A DNA stretch of 64,000 nt, taken from Burkholderiales bacterium. GTDB taxonomy: Bacteria > Pseudomonadota > Gammaproteobacteria > Burkholderiales > JAEUOS01. Position 1 is the first letter of the stretch. Each line of letters opens with the position of its first letter. Of the stretch, positions 39,728-49,564 are shown in pieces. The stretch is taken from contig JANPGJ010000547.1 of the NCBI GenBank assembly GCA_031423955.1, positions 5,449-69,448 on the forward strand, given 5' to 3'. A program made the translations under genes and the position numbers. The notes under the pieces were generated by a model. That model made no database searches, was not told the origin of the DNA, and saw only the letters and a list, made by a program, of their open reading frames with translations.

Positions 39728-39790
39728 CGTTCCCGCGCAGGCGGGAGCCCAGCCTCCGCTAAACCCTGGATTCCCGCTTGCGCGGGAACG
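39728..39790. repeat. pair of REP-like GC hairpins (TCCCGC-GCAG-GCGGGA and TTCCCGC-TTGC-GCGGGAA) in inverted orientation
   Basis: CGTTCCCGCGCAGGCGGGA (39728-46) and TCCCGCTTGCGCGGGAACG (39772-90) are reverse complements with one mismatch. Confidence 0.6.
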
Positions 39791-39801
39791 ATAACGCTGC
39801 C

Positions 39802-40695
39802 GTGACCGCACTCTACGAATCAAGCATCAAGAGCCTGCCCTTTGTCTATCGCGGAAAGGTGCGCGACACCTATGCGGTGGGCCCGGACAAGCTGCTGATG
39901 GTGACCACCGATCGCCTGTCGGCCTTCGATGTGGTGATGGCCGAGCCGATCCCGGACAAGGGGCGGGTGCTCAACCAGATGTCGAACTTCTGGTTCGCGC
40001 GGCTGGCACACCTGGTGCCGAATCACCTGACCGGGATTGCCCCCGAATCCGTGGTCGCAGCAGCGGAGATCGGCCAGGTGCGGGGGCGCGCCGTGGTGGC
40101 GAAAAAGCTCAAGGCCCTGCCGGTCGAGGCGGTGGTGCGCGGCTACCTGATCGGTTCGGGCTGGAAGGATTACCAGGCCACAAGCCAGGTGTGCGGCATC
40201 CAGTTGCCGCCCGGTTTGCGCCAGGCGGAGCAACTGGCGCAACCGATTTTCACCCCGGCCAGCAAGGCCGATGCCGGCGAACACGACGAGAATGTGTCCT
40301 TCGCCTACGTCGCCGACCTGCTGGGCGAGGAACTGGCATCACAGGTCAGGAACGTCAGCATCGCGCTCTATGAAGAGGCGGCGCGCTACGCCGCCACTCG
40401 CGGCATCATCATTGCCGATACCAAGTTCGAGTTCGGGCTCGATGACGATGGCGTGCTGACCCTGATGGATGAAGTGCTGACCGCTGATTCTTCCCGTTTC
40501 TGGCCGGCCGACGAATACCGGGTCGGCATCAGCCCGCCTTCGTTTGACAAGCAGTTCGTGCGCGACTACCTGGAAACGCTGTCCTGGAACAAGAAGGCGC
40601 CGGCACCCGCATTGCCGGCACAAGTGGTGGCGCAGACCGCTGCCAAGTATCGCGAGGCCTTGACGCGCCTGACCGGAGAGGAATTGCGCGCATGA
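39802..40695 (+). CDS. purC: phosphoribosylaminoimidazole-succinocarboxamide synthase
   Basis: (V)[25 protein letters not shown]...TDRLSAFD is PurC. The GTG at 39802 is preferred. Confidence 0.9.
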   Translation: MTALYESSIKSLPFVYRGKVRDTYAVGPDKLLMVTTDRLSAFDVVMAEPIPDKGRVLNQMSNFWFARLAHLVPNHLTGIAPESVVAAAEIGQVRGRAVVAKKLKALPVEAVVRGYLIGSGWKDYQATSQVCGIQLPPGLRQAEQLAQPIFTPASKADAGEHDENVSFAYVADLLGEELASQVRNVSIALYEEAARYAATRGIIIADTKFEFGLDDDGVLTLMDEVLTADSSRFWPADEYRVGISPPSFDKQFVRDYLETLSWNKKAPAPALPAQVVAQTAAKYREALTRLTGEELRA

Positions 40696-41234
40696 ACCCG
40701 CGATCCGCAAAACCCGTGGCCGAAAGGCGTGTCGCCAAGCCGGTCGTCGGCGTGGTGATGGGCAGTTCAAGTGACTGGTCGGTGATGGAAGCGGCCGTCA
40801 AGGTACTGGCCGAATTCGGCGTGCCGCATGAATTCCAGGTGCTGTCGGCACATCGCATGCCCGAAGAAATGTTCGCCTATGCCGACGCCGCCGCCAGGCG
40901 CGGCCTCAAGGCGATCATTGCTGGCGCCGGCGGCGCTGCACATTTGCCGGGCATGCTGGCGGCCAAGACCATCGTGCCGGTATTGGGCGTGCCGGTGCCG
41001 ACTCGCCATCTGGGCGGCCAGGATTCGCTGTATTCGATCGTGCAAATGCCCAAAGGGGTGCCGGTGGCGACCTTCGCCATTGGCGAGGCCGGTGCGGCCA
41101 ATGCGGCGCTGTTCGCGGTGGCCATGCTGGCGCGCGAAGATGCCGCGCTGGCGCGCGCGCTGGAGGCGTTTCGCCGCCGCCAGAACAAGGCGGCACGCGC
41201 CATGACCCTGCCGCTCGCGGTGCCCAAACCGTGA
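40692..41234 (+). CDS. purE: 5-(carboxyamino)imidazole ribonucleotide mutase
   Basis: [11 protein letters not shown]...SAHRMP...[14 protein letters not shown] identifies PurE. Confidence 0.9.
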   Translation: MNPRSAKPVAERRVAKPVVGVVMGSSSDWSVMEAAVKVLAEFGVPHEFQVLSAHRMPEEMFAYADAAARRGLKAIIAGAGGAAHLPGMLAAKTIVPVLGVPVPTRHLGGQDSLYSIVQMPKGVPVATFAIGEAGAANAALFAVAMLAREDAALARALEAFRRRQNKAARAMTLPLAVPKP

Positions 41235-42376
41235 GCCGCAGCATCGCACCCGGCAGCTGGCTGGGCCTGTTAGGCGGTGGCCAATTGGGTCGCATGTTCT
41301 GCATGGCGGCGCAAAGCATGGGCTACCGGGTGGTTGTGCTCGACCCGGGTAGCGAAAGTCCGGCCGGCACGGTGGCCGATCTGCACATCTGTCGCGACTA
41401 TCTCGATCCGCAGGGTCTGGAAGAGCTGGCGCGGCTGGCGCAGGGCGTCACCACCGAATTCGAGAATGTGCCGGCGAAGGCGCTTGAATTTCTTGCCGGC
41501 CATTGCCTGGTAAGCCCGCTGGCCGGTAGCGTCGCCATCGCCCAGGACCGGATTCGCGAGAAACAGTTCGTCAGCGCCGCCGGCATCGGCGTCGCGCCGC
41601 ATCTGGTAGTGCGCAGCCTGGCCGATCTCGAGGCCGTCGATGCGCAGTTGCTGCCGGGCATCCTCAAGGTGGCGCGCATGGGTTACGACGGCAAAGGCCA
41701 GGCGCGGGTCAAGTCGGCCGATGAAGTGCGCAGAGCCTTCACCTCGTTCGGCGAAGTGCCTTGCGTGCTGGAGAAACTGTTGCCCTTGCGCAGCGAGATT
41801 TCGGTGGTGGTCGCGCGCGGCCGCGATGCCAGTGTGGCGACTTACCCGATTTGCGAGAACGAACACAAGGGCGGCATTCTCGACACCAGCATCGTGCCGG
41901 CGCGCATCAGCGCGCAACTGGCCGAAGCGGCACGCGTCGCTGCGTTGCGGCTTGCCGCCGCACTGGACTATGTCGGCGTCCTGTGTGTCGAGTTTTTCGT
42001 GCTTGCCGACGGCAGCCTCTTGGTCAACGAGTTGGCGCCACGGCCGCACAACAGCGGCCACTTTTCGATCGACGCCTGTGTCACCAGCCAGTTCGAGCAG
42101 CAGGCGCGGGTTCTGGCCGGCCTGCCGCTGGGCGATACCCGACAGCATACGCCTGCGGTGATGCTCAATATCCTGGGCGACAGTTGGACCGGGCCGCATG
42201 CCGCCGAGGCGCCCGACTGGGAGCAAGTGCTGGCGCACGGCTCGGCCAAGCTGCACCTGTATGGCAAGTCGCAGGCGCGACCCGGGCGCAAGATGGGTCA
42301 TGTGACGGTGCTCGGCAGCACGCTCGGCGCCGCCCTGACCACTGCGGCGGCGATTCGTGCAACGCTGATGCCGTGA
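41231..42376 (+). CDS. purK: 5-(carboxyamino)imidazole ribonucleotide synthase
   Basis: ATP-grasp protein: [12 protein letters not shown]...GYDGKGQ...[12 protein letters not shown]...RKMGH. Confidence 0.9.
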   Translation: MSRSIAPGSWLGLLGGGQLGRMFCMAAQSMGYRVVVLDPGSESPAGTVADLHICRDYLDPQGLEELARLAQGVTTEFENVPAKALEFLAGHCLVSPLAGSVAIAQDRIREKQFVSAAGIGVAPHLVVRSLADLEAVDAQLLPGILKVARMGYDGKGQARVKSADEVRRAFTSFGEVPCVLEKLLPLRSEISVVVARGRDASVATYPICENEHKGGILDTSIVPARISAQLAEAARVAALRLAAALDYVGVLCVEFFVLADGSLLVNELAPRPHNSGHFSIDACVTSQFEQQARVLAGLPLGDTRQHTPAVMLNILGDSWTGPHAAEAPDWEQVLAHGSAKLHLYGKSQARPGRKMGHVTVLGSTLGAALTTAAAIRATLMP

Positions 42377-43356
42377 CCCAGGATGCGGCGGTCAGCCAGG
42401 CTGTTGCGGTGCTGGCGCGAGGTGGTTTGCTGGGCCTGCCGACCGAAACCGTGTACGGTCTGGCGGCCGACGCCTCCAATGCCGCCGCAGTCGCGAGGAT
42501 TTTCGCGGCCAAGGGACGCCCTGCCGATCACCCGCTGATCGTGCATCTGGCCGCTGCGGCGCAGATCGACCAGTGGGCGGTCGATATTCCAGCCGCGGCG
42601 CGCCGTTTGGCCGCGGCATTCTGGCCCGGCCCGCTGACCCTGATTCTCAGGCGCGCGCCACATGTGCTCGATGCGGTCACCGGCGGGCAGGACACGGTCG
42701 GCCTGCGGGTGCCGTCACATCCGCTGGCGCGGGCGGTGCTGGCGGCGTTTGCGCAACGGTGCGCCGGGCGACCGGCCGGCGTCGCCGCGCCGTCGGCCAA
42801 CAAATTCGGTCACATCAGCGCCACCACGGCGTCGCATGTGCGCGACGAATTCGGCGATGCCGTCGATCTGGTGCTCGATGGCGGCGCCTGCGCGGTCGGA
42901 ATCGAATCGACCATTGTCGATTGCAGTGCCGGCCAGGTGCGCGTGCTGCGCCCGGGGGGAATCACCCGGGAGGCAGTGCATGCGGTTGCCGGGCAATTGT
43001 TGCCGGCAACGGCAGCCAATCGCGATGTGCCGCGCGTATCGGGCAGCCTTGATGCGCACTACGCTCCGCGAACCCGCACAAAACTTGTACCGGGCGCGGA
43101 GTTGCGCGCGACCATCGCGCGCCATGCAGGCGCACGGGTGGCCCTGTTCGCATTCGACCCTGGCTGCGTTGCGGTGGCAATCGCGCGCGTCGCACCGCGC
43201 GATGCGCAGGCTTACGCGCATGCGCTGTACGCCGCCCTGCGCGAACTCGATGCCGCGGCTTGCGATGTATTGCTGATTGAACGCCCGCCTGCCGATGCCC
43301 AATGGGAAGGGATCAACGATCGTCTGCGGCGCGCCGCGTTCGGGTCGGGCCAATGA
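42373..43356 (+). CDS. tsaC: L-threonylcarbamoyladenylate synthase (YrdC domain + Sua5 C-terminal domain)
   Basis: The GTG at 42373 overlaps the pur[19 protein letters not shown]...[12 protein letters not shown]...WPGPLTLIL...VGLRVPSHP is present. Confidence 0.85.
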   Translation: MTQDAAVSQAVAVLARGGLLGLPTETVYGLAADASNAAAVARIFAAKGRPADHPLIVHLAAAAQIDQWAVDIPAAARRLAAAFWPGPLTLILRRAPHVLDAVTGGQDTVGLRVPSHPLARAVLAAFAQRCAGRPAGVAAPSANKFGHISATTASHVRDEFGDAVDLVLDGGACAVGIESTIVDCSAGQVRVLRPGGITREAVHAVAGQLLPATAANRDVPRVSGSLDAHYAPRTRTKLVPGAELRATIARHAGARVALFAFDPGCVAVAIARVAPRDAQAYAHALYAALRELDAAACDVLLIERPPADAQWEGINDRLRRAAFGSGQ

Positions 43357-43408
43357 TCTTGTGCCGTTGCAATCGCCGCATGCGGATGCGCCGGCACGGG
43401 ATTGCGGG

Positions 43409-43663
43409 CTAGCCGAAGCGGATCTTCATCGCCAGAATGCAAAGCGCCAGCACCAGCGTGATGCCATTGGCGGCAATCACGGGCACGCTGCCGATCCCGA
43501 TGCCGTACGCCAGCCAGAGGGCGGTGCCGGCGGTGAACACCGCATACATGCCCAACGAAACCCCGGCGGCGCGCCGGGTTCGCCAGGTGAGGACCACCTG
43601 CGGCAAGAACGCGATGGTGGTGAGAATGCCGGCGGAAAATCCGATCAGGTCAATCGTGCGCAT
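43409..43663 (-). CDS. SemiSWEET family transporter (PQ-loop, 3 TM)
   Basis: 84 aa with three hydrophobic helices and the LPQ motif (TTIAFLPQVVLTWRTR). Confidence 0.7.
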   Translation of the reverse strand: MRTIDLIGFSAGILTTIAFLPQVVLTWRTRRAAGVSLGMYAVFTAGTALWLAYGIGIGSVPVIAANGITLVLALCILAMKIRFG

Positions 43664-43670
43664 GCCGGGG

Positions 43671-44468
43671 TCAGCCTTTGCGGATTTCAGGCAAGGTCGC
43701 GAGGAACGACTGCACCGCGCCGAGCACGATATCCGGATGGTCGCGATGCGGCGAGTGGCCGCATTTCGGGATCTTGAACAGGCGTGTCCGCGGATTGCGG
43801 CGCGCGATTTCCTCGATCTGGTAGAGCGTGCCGTACTGATCGTCCTCGCCCTGGATCGCCAGGATCGGCGCCTTGATCAGCGGCAGTTCGGCTTCGATGC
43901 GCCAGTTGCGAAAGGCCGGCGACAGCCAGATATCGCTCCAGCCGCGGAACGCGCCTTCGGCATCGTCGTGATATTTCGCCAGCTTGTGGCGCAGGTCGCC
44001 GCCCTCCCAGGCGTCACGCGCTTCGGCGATGCTGGCGATCGAGATGTCTTCAACCTTCACATGCGGCGCCATCGCGATCACCCCGGTGGCTGCGTGCCGG
44101 CTGGCATGCAGCAGGGCGATCGAACTGCCATCGGAATGCCCGAACAGCGCCGGGCGCTCGATGCCGAGCGCGCGCAAGAGCGCCGGCAGCACCTCGAAGG
44201 CTTCGCGTTCCATGAAGTCCGCTGCGCGCAGGTTGCGGCGCGGTCCGAGCGCATCGCCGCTGTCGGGCAGGGCTTCAGATCCGCCATAGCCCGGTCGCGA
44301 ATACACCAGCACGGTATGCGCGGTGGTGGCGGCGACGCGTGCCGGAAAATCGCGCCACATCGCCACCGAGCCCAGGCCTTCATGCAGCATGACCACGGTG
44401 GCGCGGTTGCCGGCGCCCGGAAAGCGCTCGTATTCGATGGCGTTGCCTTGGATGTCGATGAAGGGCAT
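43671..44468 (-). CDS. alpha/beta hydrolase
   Basis: VVMLHEGLGS oxyanion region and GHSDGS nucleophile elbow. The ATG at 44468 is preferred over the TTG at 44483. Confidence 0.75.
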   Translation of the reverse strand: MPFIDIQGNAIEYERFPGAGNRATVVMLHEGLGSVAMWRDFPARVAATTAHTVLVYSRPGYGGSEALPDSGDALGPRRNLRAADFMEREAFEVLPALLRALGIERPALFGHSDGSSIALLHASRHAATGVIAMAPHVKVEDISIASIAEARDAWEGGDLRHKLAKYHDDAEGAFRGWSDIWLSPAFRNWRIEAELPLIKAPILAIQGEDDQYGTLYQIEEIARRNPRTRLFKIPKCGHSPHRDHPDIVLGAVQSFLATLPEIRKG

Positions 44469-44476
44469 ATATGGGG

Positions 44477-44506
44477 CGGACAAAAGTGAACCCCTACTTT
44501 TGTCCG
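44477..44506. repeat. hairpin element CGGACAAAAGT-N8-ACTTTTGTCCG (copy 2 of 2)
   Basis: It has the same 11-bp stem as 7070-7099, and the loop differs by one base. It lies between the ligase stop (44590) and the hydrolase start. Confidence 0.7.
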
Positions 44507-44589
44507 GCTTGTCTGGTTGCGATTCGCAGGCGAAGCCCGACGAATCGCAATCCGAAGGGCAACGGAAAAACCTGGTCCGCGCGGTTGGG

Positions 44590-46167
44590 CTATTTCTGCT
44601 TCTGGCGCAGCTTGAAGCGCTGGATTTTACCGGTCGCCGTCTTCGGCAGTTCGGCGATGATCTCGATCCAGCGCGGGTATTTGTAGGGCGCCAGTTGCGC
44701 CTTCACGTGGGCCTTGAGATCTTCGCCGCTGGCGTGCATGCCCTGCTTGAACACCACAAAGGCCTTCGGCTTGACCAGATGTTCGTCATCCAGGCCGGCC
44801 ACCACCGCGGCTTCCAGCACGGCCGGATGGGTTTGCAGCGCCGCTTCGACCTCGAATGGCGAGACATAGATGCCGCCGACCTTGAGCATGTCGTCGTTGC
44901 GGCCACAGTAGGTGTAGTAGCCGTCGGCATCGCACAGATACTTGTCGCCGGAGCGGGTCCAGGGACCGAGAAAAGTGTTCTTGGTTTTTTCGCGATTGTT
45001 CCAGTACATCAGCGCCGAGGTCGGGCCGCTGACCTGCATTTCACCGATCTCGCCGATGGGTACCGGCGCGCCGGCGTCGTCCAGCAGGCGAATTTGATAA
45101 CCCGGGACCGGGCGGCCGGTGGTGCCGTAGCGCACCTCGCCCGGACGGTTGGAGATGAAAATGTGCAGCATTTCGGTGGAGCCGATGCCGTCCAAAATCT
45201 CGACACCGTATTTTTCATTGAAGCGGCGGCCGATGTCGGCCGGCAATGCTTCGCCGGCCGAAGTGCAGACGCGCAGGTTGAGTTGCTCGCGCCCCGGCGC
45301 CTGTGGCGCGGCCAGCATTGCCGCGTAGAGTGTCGGCACGCCGTAGAAGATGGTGGGTTGGTGTCTGACCAGCAGATCGAACACCGCGTCCGGCGTTGGA
45401 CGCGCGTCGAGCAGCACGGTGGTCGCCCCCACGCTCATCGGAAAGGTCAGGGCGTTGCCCAGGCCATAGGCGAAAAACAGCTTGGCCGCCGAGAACACGA
45501 TGTCGTCTTCGCGAATCCCCAGAATCGGCCGCGCATACAGTTCGGCGGTCAACAACAGGTGTGAATGCAGATGCACTGTGCCCTTCGGGGCGCCGGTCGA
45601 GCCGCTTGAATAAAGCCAGAAGCAGGGATCATCGGCGGCGGTATCGGCCACCGGCGCCGCGTCCCCGGCGGCCGCGAGCAAGGGTTCGAGGGCCGGATGC
45701 GGATGCCCGCTGTCGCCGCCGGCGACGATCACATGCCTGAGCGCGGGAAGCTTGCCGAGAATCGGCGTGAACGCCGGCAGCAAGGCCGCCGATACCACCA
45801 GCGCCTTGGCGCGCGAGTCGCGCAGCATGAATTCGAAATCGGCGGTGGTCAGCAGGGTGTTGGCGGCCACCGGTACGATGCCGCCGCGAATCGCTCCCAG
45901 AAACACCGCCGGAAAATCGACTGTATCGAGGAGCGCCAGCATGATCCGGTCCTCGCGGCCGAGCCCGAGCGCAGCCAGCGCGTTCTGGACGCGCCTGGCG
46001 CGCTCGTAAAGCTTGCCGTAGGTTTGGCTGCCGTCGGCATCGATGTAGGCGATCTTGGCGGCGCGCCCCGCGTTGCGTTCGAGCAGGTCGTGCGCCGCGT
46101 TGTAGTCGCGCGGGAAGTCCACGCGCGGTGGATCAACCGTGTGGTCAGCGTTGGACAGGCTCGCCAT
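44590..46167 (-). CDS. benzoate-CoA ligase family protein (AMP-forming)
   Basis: AMP-binding motifs YSSGSTGAPKG, GEIG...GYW-like and KxPR...LPKTATGKIQR. It neighbours the box genes. Confidence 0.8.
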   Translation of the reverse strand: MASLSNADHTVDPPRVDFPRDYNAAHDLLERNAGRAAKIAYIDADGSQTYGKLYERARRVQNALAALGLGREDRIMLALLDTVDFPAVFLGAIRGGIVPVAANTLLTTADFEFMLRDSRAKALVVSAALLPAFTPILGKLPALRHVIVAGGDSGHPHPALEPLLAAAGDAAPVADTAADDPCFWLYSSGSTGAPKGTVHLHSHLLLTAELYARPILGIREDDIVFSAAKLFFAYGLGNALTFPMSVGATTVLLDARPTPDAVFDLLVRHQPTIFYGVPTLYAAMLAAPQAPGREQLNLRVCTSAGEALPADIGRRFNEKYGVEILDGIGSTEMLHIFISNRPGEVRYGTTGRPVPGYQIRLLDDAGAPVPIGEIGEMQVSGPTSALMYWNNREKTKNTFLGPWTRSGDKYLCDADGYYTYCGRNDDMLKVGGIYVSPFEVEAALQTHPAVLEAAVVAGLDDEHLVKPKAFVVFKQGMHASGEDLKAHVKAQLAPYKYPRWIEIIAELPKTATGKIQRFKLRQKQK

Positions 46168-46359
46168 CTTGCGTCTCCTCCATGATCATTTGTGTCTGGT
46201 CCGCCAACGCCGCACCGCCATGTCGGGGCATCGAGAGGGCGTCGTGTGCTGCGCAGGTAACGGCACGCCGGTGTCGCAGGCAGGCTGCGGTGCGACTTGC
46301 AGGCGGCAGTATTGCGTATTCGGGCGCGCAGATGTCTTTGCCGGGTACTGCTCGCGCGC

Positions 46360-46833
46360 TCAGGCCGCTGCCATCTCGCTGCGCGCCTGCTCAATCCATT
46401 GCTGCGCCCATTCGACACACACCTCCTCGGGCAGCGTGCCGGCGCTGGCATCATGCAGGCAGACCTCGCCAATCCGCTGCGCGCCCAGTTCGGCGAACAG
46501 CGCGTCGAACTTCTTGCCGCCATAGCAGAAGGTTTGCAGGTAGGTGCGGTCACCCAGCGCGATCACGCCATAGTGGACCCGGCTCATGTCGGGGCGAACG
46601 GTGCCGAGGGACTCGTAGAAGTCGCGTGCGTTGTCGGGCACGTCTCCTTGCCCATAAGTCGAGGTGCACACCAGATAAAGCTGACCGGGCCTGATCGCGC
46701 TGGCATCCAGGCCATCCATGTACTGGACCTTGATTTGCGTGTCGTCGTCGCCCATCGACAGTTCGATTTCCTGCGCAACAAGTTGCGCAGTATTGGTCAT
46801 GGTGCCGACCAGGATAGTGACCTCAAGAGGCAT
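46360..46833 (-). CDS. flavodoxin-like FMN-binding protein
   Basis: The ATG at 46833 is used. ILVGTMTNTAQ..A......LYLVCTSTYGQGDVPDN...GVIALGDRTY is a flavodoxin/CysJ-FMN-domain pattern. Confidence 0.7.
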   Translation of the reverse strand: MPLEVTILVGTMTNTAQLVAQEIELSMGDDDTQIKVQYMDGLDASAIRPGQLYLVCTSTYGQGDVPDNARDFYESLGTVRPDMSRVHYGVIALGDRTYLQTFCYGGKKFDALFAELGAQRIGEVCLHDASAGTLPEEVCVEWAQQWIEQARSEMAAA

Positions 46834-46894
46834 CGGACGCTCCGTTGGAAAGTTCTTGACAGTGGATTGATTGCGCTGATAATATGAATTATAT

Positions 46895-46928
46895 TGCATT
46901 TATCGACAAGTGCAAGAATTATAATGCA
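46895..46928. promoter_or_regulatory. AT-rich divergent promoter region with three TGCA boxes (candidate BoxR/BzdR-type operator)
   Basis: TGCA at 46895, 46911 and 46925, between the flavodoxin/ligase operon and boxR. TTGACA-like TTGACAG at 46855-61. Confidence 0.3.
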
Positions 46929-46933
46929 GATTA

Positions 46934-47872
46934 ATGAATTCTGAAGCGAATCCTGAAGCGGCCACCTCGATGTCCCCCGAAATCGATGAGAGTAGTGCGG
47001 AGTCGGCCGAAGGTGCGGCCGGCCTGTTGACCGCCTTGGGTGAACGGGTGCGCGATTTACGGTCCCAGCGCGGCATGTCGCGCAAGATTCTGGCACGTGA
47101 TTCGGGCGTTTCCGAGCGCTACCTGGCGCAACTCGAAACCGGCATCGGCAACGGCTCGATACTCCTTCTGGCCAAGGTCGCGGCTGCGCTCAGCGTGCCG
47201 GTTACTGCCCTCTTGCATGCCGAGCGGCGTGCCGCACCCGAATTCGAGGAACTGCAACACCTTTTGCGGCGGCTGTCGCCGCTGCAGTTGAAGGCCGCAC
47301 GCGATTTGCTGGCGCGCGAATTCGATGCCGAAGTCAAGGCGCGCATGCGACGCATCGCGCTGGTGGGCTTGCGCGGCGCAGGCAAGTCGTCGCTGGGCTT
47401 GGCGCTGGCCCGGCGCATCAAGGTGCCGTTCATCGAACTCGATCGCGAAGTCGAGCGCGAGGCCGACACCTCGCTCAACGAGATTTTCATGCTCTACGGG
47501 CAGGCCGGCTATCGCCGCCACGAGCGCGCCGCGCTTGCGCGTGTGCTGCACCTGCATGAGCGTGCGGTGATCGCCACCGGCGGCTCGATCGTCTCCGAAC
47601 CGGAGACCTACGACCTGCTGCTCGGCAACTGCTTTACTGTATGGCTCAAGGCGCAACCGGAAGAGCACATGGCGCGGGTGGTGGCGCAGGGTGACACGCG
47701 GCCGATGAAGGGCAATCGCGAGGCGATGGAAGACCTGCGCCGCATCTTGCTGACCCGCGCGCCGCTGTACGGCCGCGCCGATGCGGTGGTGGATACCTCC
47801 GGCCGCGTGTTGGACGCGAGCCTCGAGGAACTGGCTTCGCTGGCGAAGCCGCAAATGGAGATAAACCGATGA
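46934..47872 (+). CDS. boxR: BoxR/BzdR-type regulator (XRE HTH domain fused to shikimate-kinase-like domain)
   Basis: LRSQRGMSRKILARDSGVSERYLAQLETG (HTH_XRE) is followed by IALVGLRGAGKSSLG (P-loop) and the rest of a shikimate-kinase fold. Confidence 0.75.
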   Translation: MNSEANPEAATSMSPEIDESSAESAEGAAGLLTALGERVRDLRSQRGMSRKILARDSGVSERYLAQLETGIGNGSILLLAKVAAALSVPVTALLHAERRAAPEFEELQHLLRRLSPLQLKAARDLLAREFDAEVKARMRRIALVGLRGAGKSSLGLALARRIKVPFIELDREVEREADTSLNEIFMLYGQAGYRRHERAALARVLHLHERAVIATGGSIVSEPETYDLLLGNCFTVWLKAQPEEHMARVVAQGDTRPMKGNREAMEDLRRILLTRAPLYGRADAVVDTSGRVLDASLEELASLAKPQMEINR

Positions 47873-49545
47873 ACGCAGTGTTGCAACCCGCTGCCGGCGA
47901 CATGCCGGTCAGTTTCGAGACCGATCCGTCGCGCTACCGCCACTGGAAGCTTGCAGCCGAAGGCGAGATCGCCCGCCTGACGCTGGACATTCGCGAAGAT
48001 GGCGGCATTCGCCCCGGCTACCAGTTGAAGCTCAATTCCTATGACCTCGGGGTCGACATTGAGTTGAACGATGCCTTGAACCGCATCCGTTTCGAGTATC
48101 CGAACGTCAAGACCGTGATCCTCGGGTCTGCCAAAGACCGCATTTTCTGCTCCGGCGCCAACATCTACATGCTGGGCCTGTCGACCCACCAGTGGAAAGT
48201 GAACTTCTGCAAGTTCACCAACGAGACCCGCAACGGCATGGAAGACTCGTCACAGCATGACGGCCTGAAGTTCATCGCGGCGGTCAATGGCGCCTGCGCC
48301 GGCGGCGGCTACGAGGTGGCGCTGGCCTGTGACCGCATCTATCTGGTCGACGACCGTTCTTCCACCGTCTCGTTGCCGGAGGTGCCGCTCCTGGGCGTGC
48401 TGCCCGGCACCGGCGGCCTGACCCGCCTGATCGACAAGCGTCGCGTGCGGCGCGACCTGGCAGATATTTTCTGCACCACCTCCGAAGGCGTGCGCGCCGA
48501 CCGCGCGTTGAAATGGAAGTTGATCGACGGCCATGCCAAACCGGCGCAGTTCGCCGACTACATCAACGCCCGCGCGGCTGAACTGGCACAGGGCAGCCGG
48601 CGCGCCAGCGGCGCCACCGGCATCGCCCTGACCCCGCTCAACAAGACCATCGATGGCGCCGGTTATCACTATGAAACGGTGGCTGTGGTGATCGACCGCG
48701 ACGCCCGGGTCGCCACCCTGACCGTGACGGCGCCGGCGCAGGCGCCGGAGGCCGACCCGGCGGCGATCCACGCCGCCGGTGCGAACTGGTGGCCGTTGAA
48801 ATTCGCGCGCGAACTCGACGATGCAATCCTGATGCTGCGTACCGCCGACCTCGAGATCGGCACCTGGGTTCTCAAGACCCGCGGCCCGGCCGCCGGCATT
48901 CTGGCGATGGATACGGTACTGCAGGCGCAGGGCGCACACTGGCTGGTGCGTGAAACCGTCGGTCTCCTGCGGCGCACGCTGGCGCGCCTGGATGTGACCT
49001 CGCGCAGCCTGATCGCGGTGATCGACGAAGGCTCGTGCTTCGCCGGCACGCTGCTCGAACTGGCGCTGGCCGCCGATCGCAGCTACATGCTTGACCTGGC
49101 CGACGGCGACGGCTCGCCGGCGATCGAGTTGTCGCCGCAGAATTTCGGCGCCGACCCGATGGTCAATGGCCTGACCCGCATCGAAACCCGCTTTGCCGGC
49201 GACGCGCATGAGATTGCGGTGGTCAAGTCCCTGCAGGGCCAGGCGATCTTCGCGCGCGCCGCCGCCGACGCCGGCCTGATCACCGTGGCGCCGGACGACA
49301 TCGACTGGGCCGACGAGATCCGCATGGTGATCGAGGAGCGTGCATCGCTGTCGCCGGATGCGCTCACCGGGATGGAGGCCAGCCTTCGCTTCGGTGGCCC
49401 GGAGACCATGGAAACCCGGATTTTCAGCCGCTTGTCCGCCTGGCAAAACTGGATTTTCCAGCGCCCCAACGCGGTCGGCAGCGATGGCGCGCTCAAGGTT
49501 TTCGGCAGCGGGCGCAAGGCGAAGTTCGACTGGCAACGCGTTTGA
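47869..49545 (+). CDS. boxC: 2,3-epoxybenzoyl-CoA dihydrolase (benzoyl-CoA-dihydrodiol lyase)
   Basis: 558 aa with a crotonase-like N-terminus (YRHWKL...LKLNSYDLGVDIELNDA...FCSGANI). It lies immediately before boxB. Confidence 0.85.
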   Translation: MNAVLQPAAGDMPVSFETDPSRYRHWKLAAEGEIARLTLDIREDGGIRPGYQLKLNSYDLGVDIELNDALNRIRFEYPNVKTVILGSAKDRIFCSGANIYMLGLSTHQWKVNFCKFTNETRNGMEDSSQHDGLKFIAAVNGACAGGGYEVALACDRIYLVDDRSSTVSLPEVPLLGVLPGTGGLTRLIDKRRVRRDLADIFCTTSEGVRADRALKWKLIDGHAKPAQFADYINARAAELAQGSRRASGATGIALTPLNKTIDGAGYHYETVAVVIDRDARVATLTVTAPAQAPEADPAAIHAAGANWWPLKFARELDDAILMLRTADLEIGTWVLKTRGPAAGILAMDTVLQAQGAHWLVRETVGLLRRTLARLDVTSRSLIAVIDEGSCFAGTLLELALAADRSYMLDLADGDGSPAIELSPQNFGADPMVNGLTRIETRFAGDAHEIAVVKSLQGQAIFARAAADAGLITVAPDDIDWADEIRMVIEERASLSPDALTGMEASLRFGGPETMETRIFSRLSAWQNWIFQRPNAVGSDGALKVFGSGRKAKFDWQRV

Positions 49546-49564
49546 ACCATTTGAAGGAATTTCC

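Noticed and set aside
41270-42372. A 343-aa minus-strand ORF, plus the 5' 204 codons of the 531-aa plus-strand ORF starting at 41761.
   Set aside because: They overlap purK in other frames. The real tsaC starts at the GTG at 42373, where YrdC motifs begin. The upstream part is Arg/Ala-rich with no similarity.
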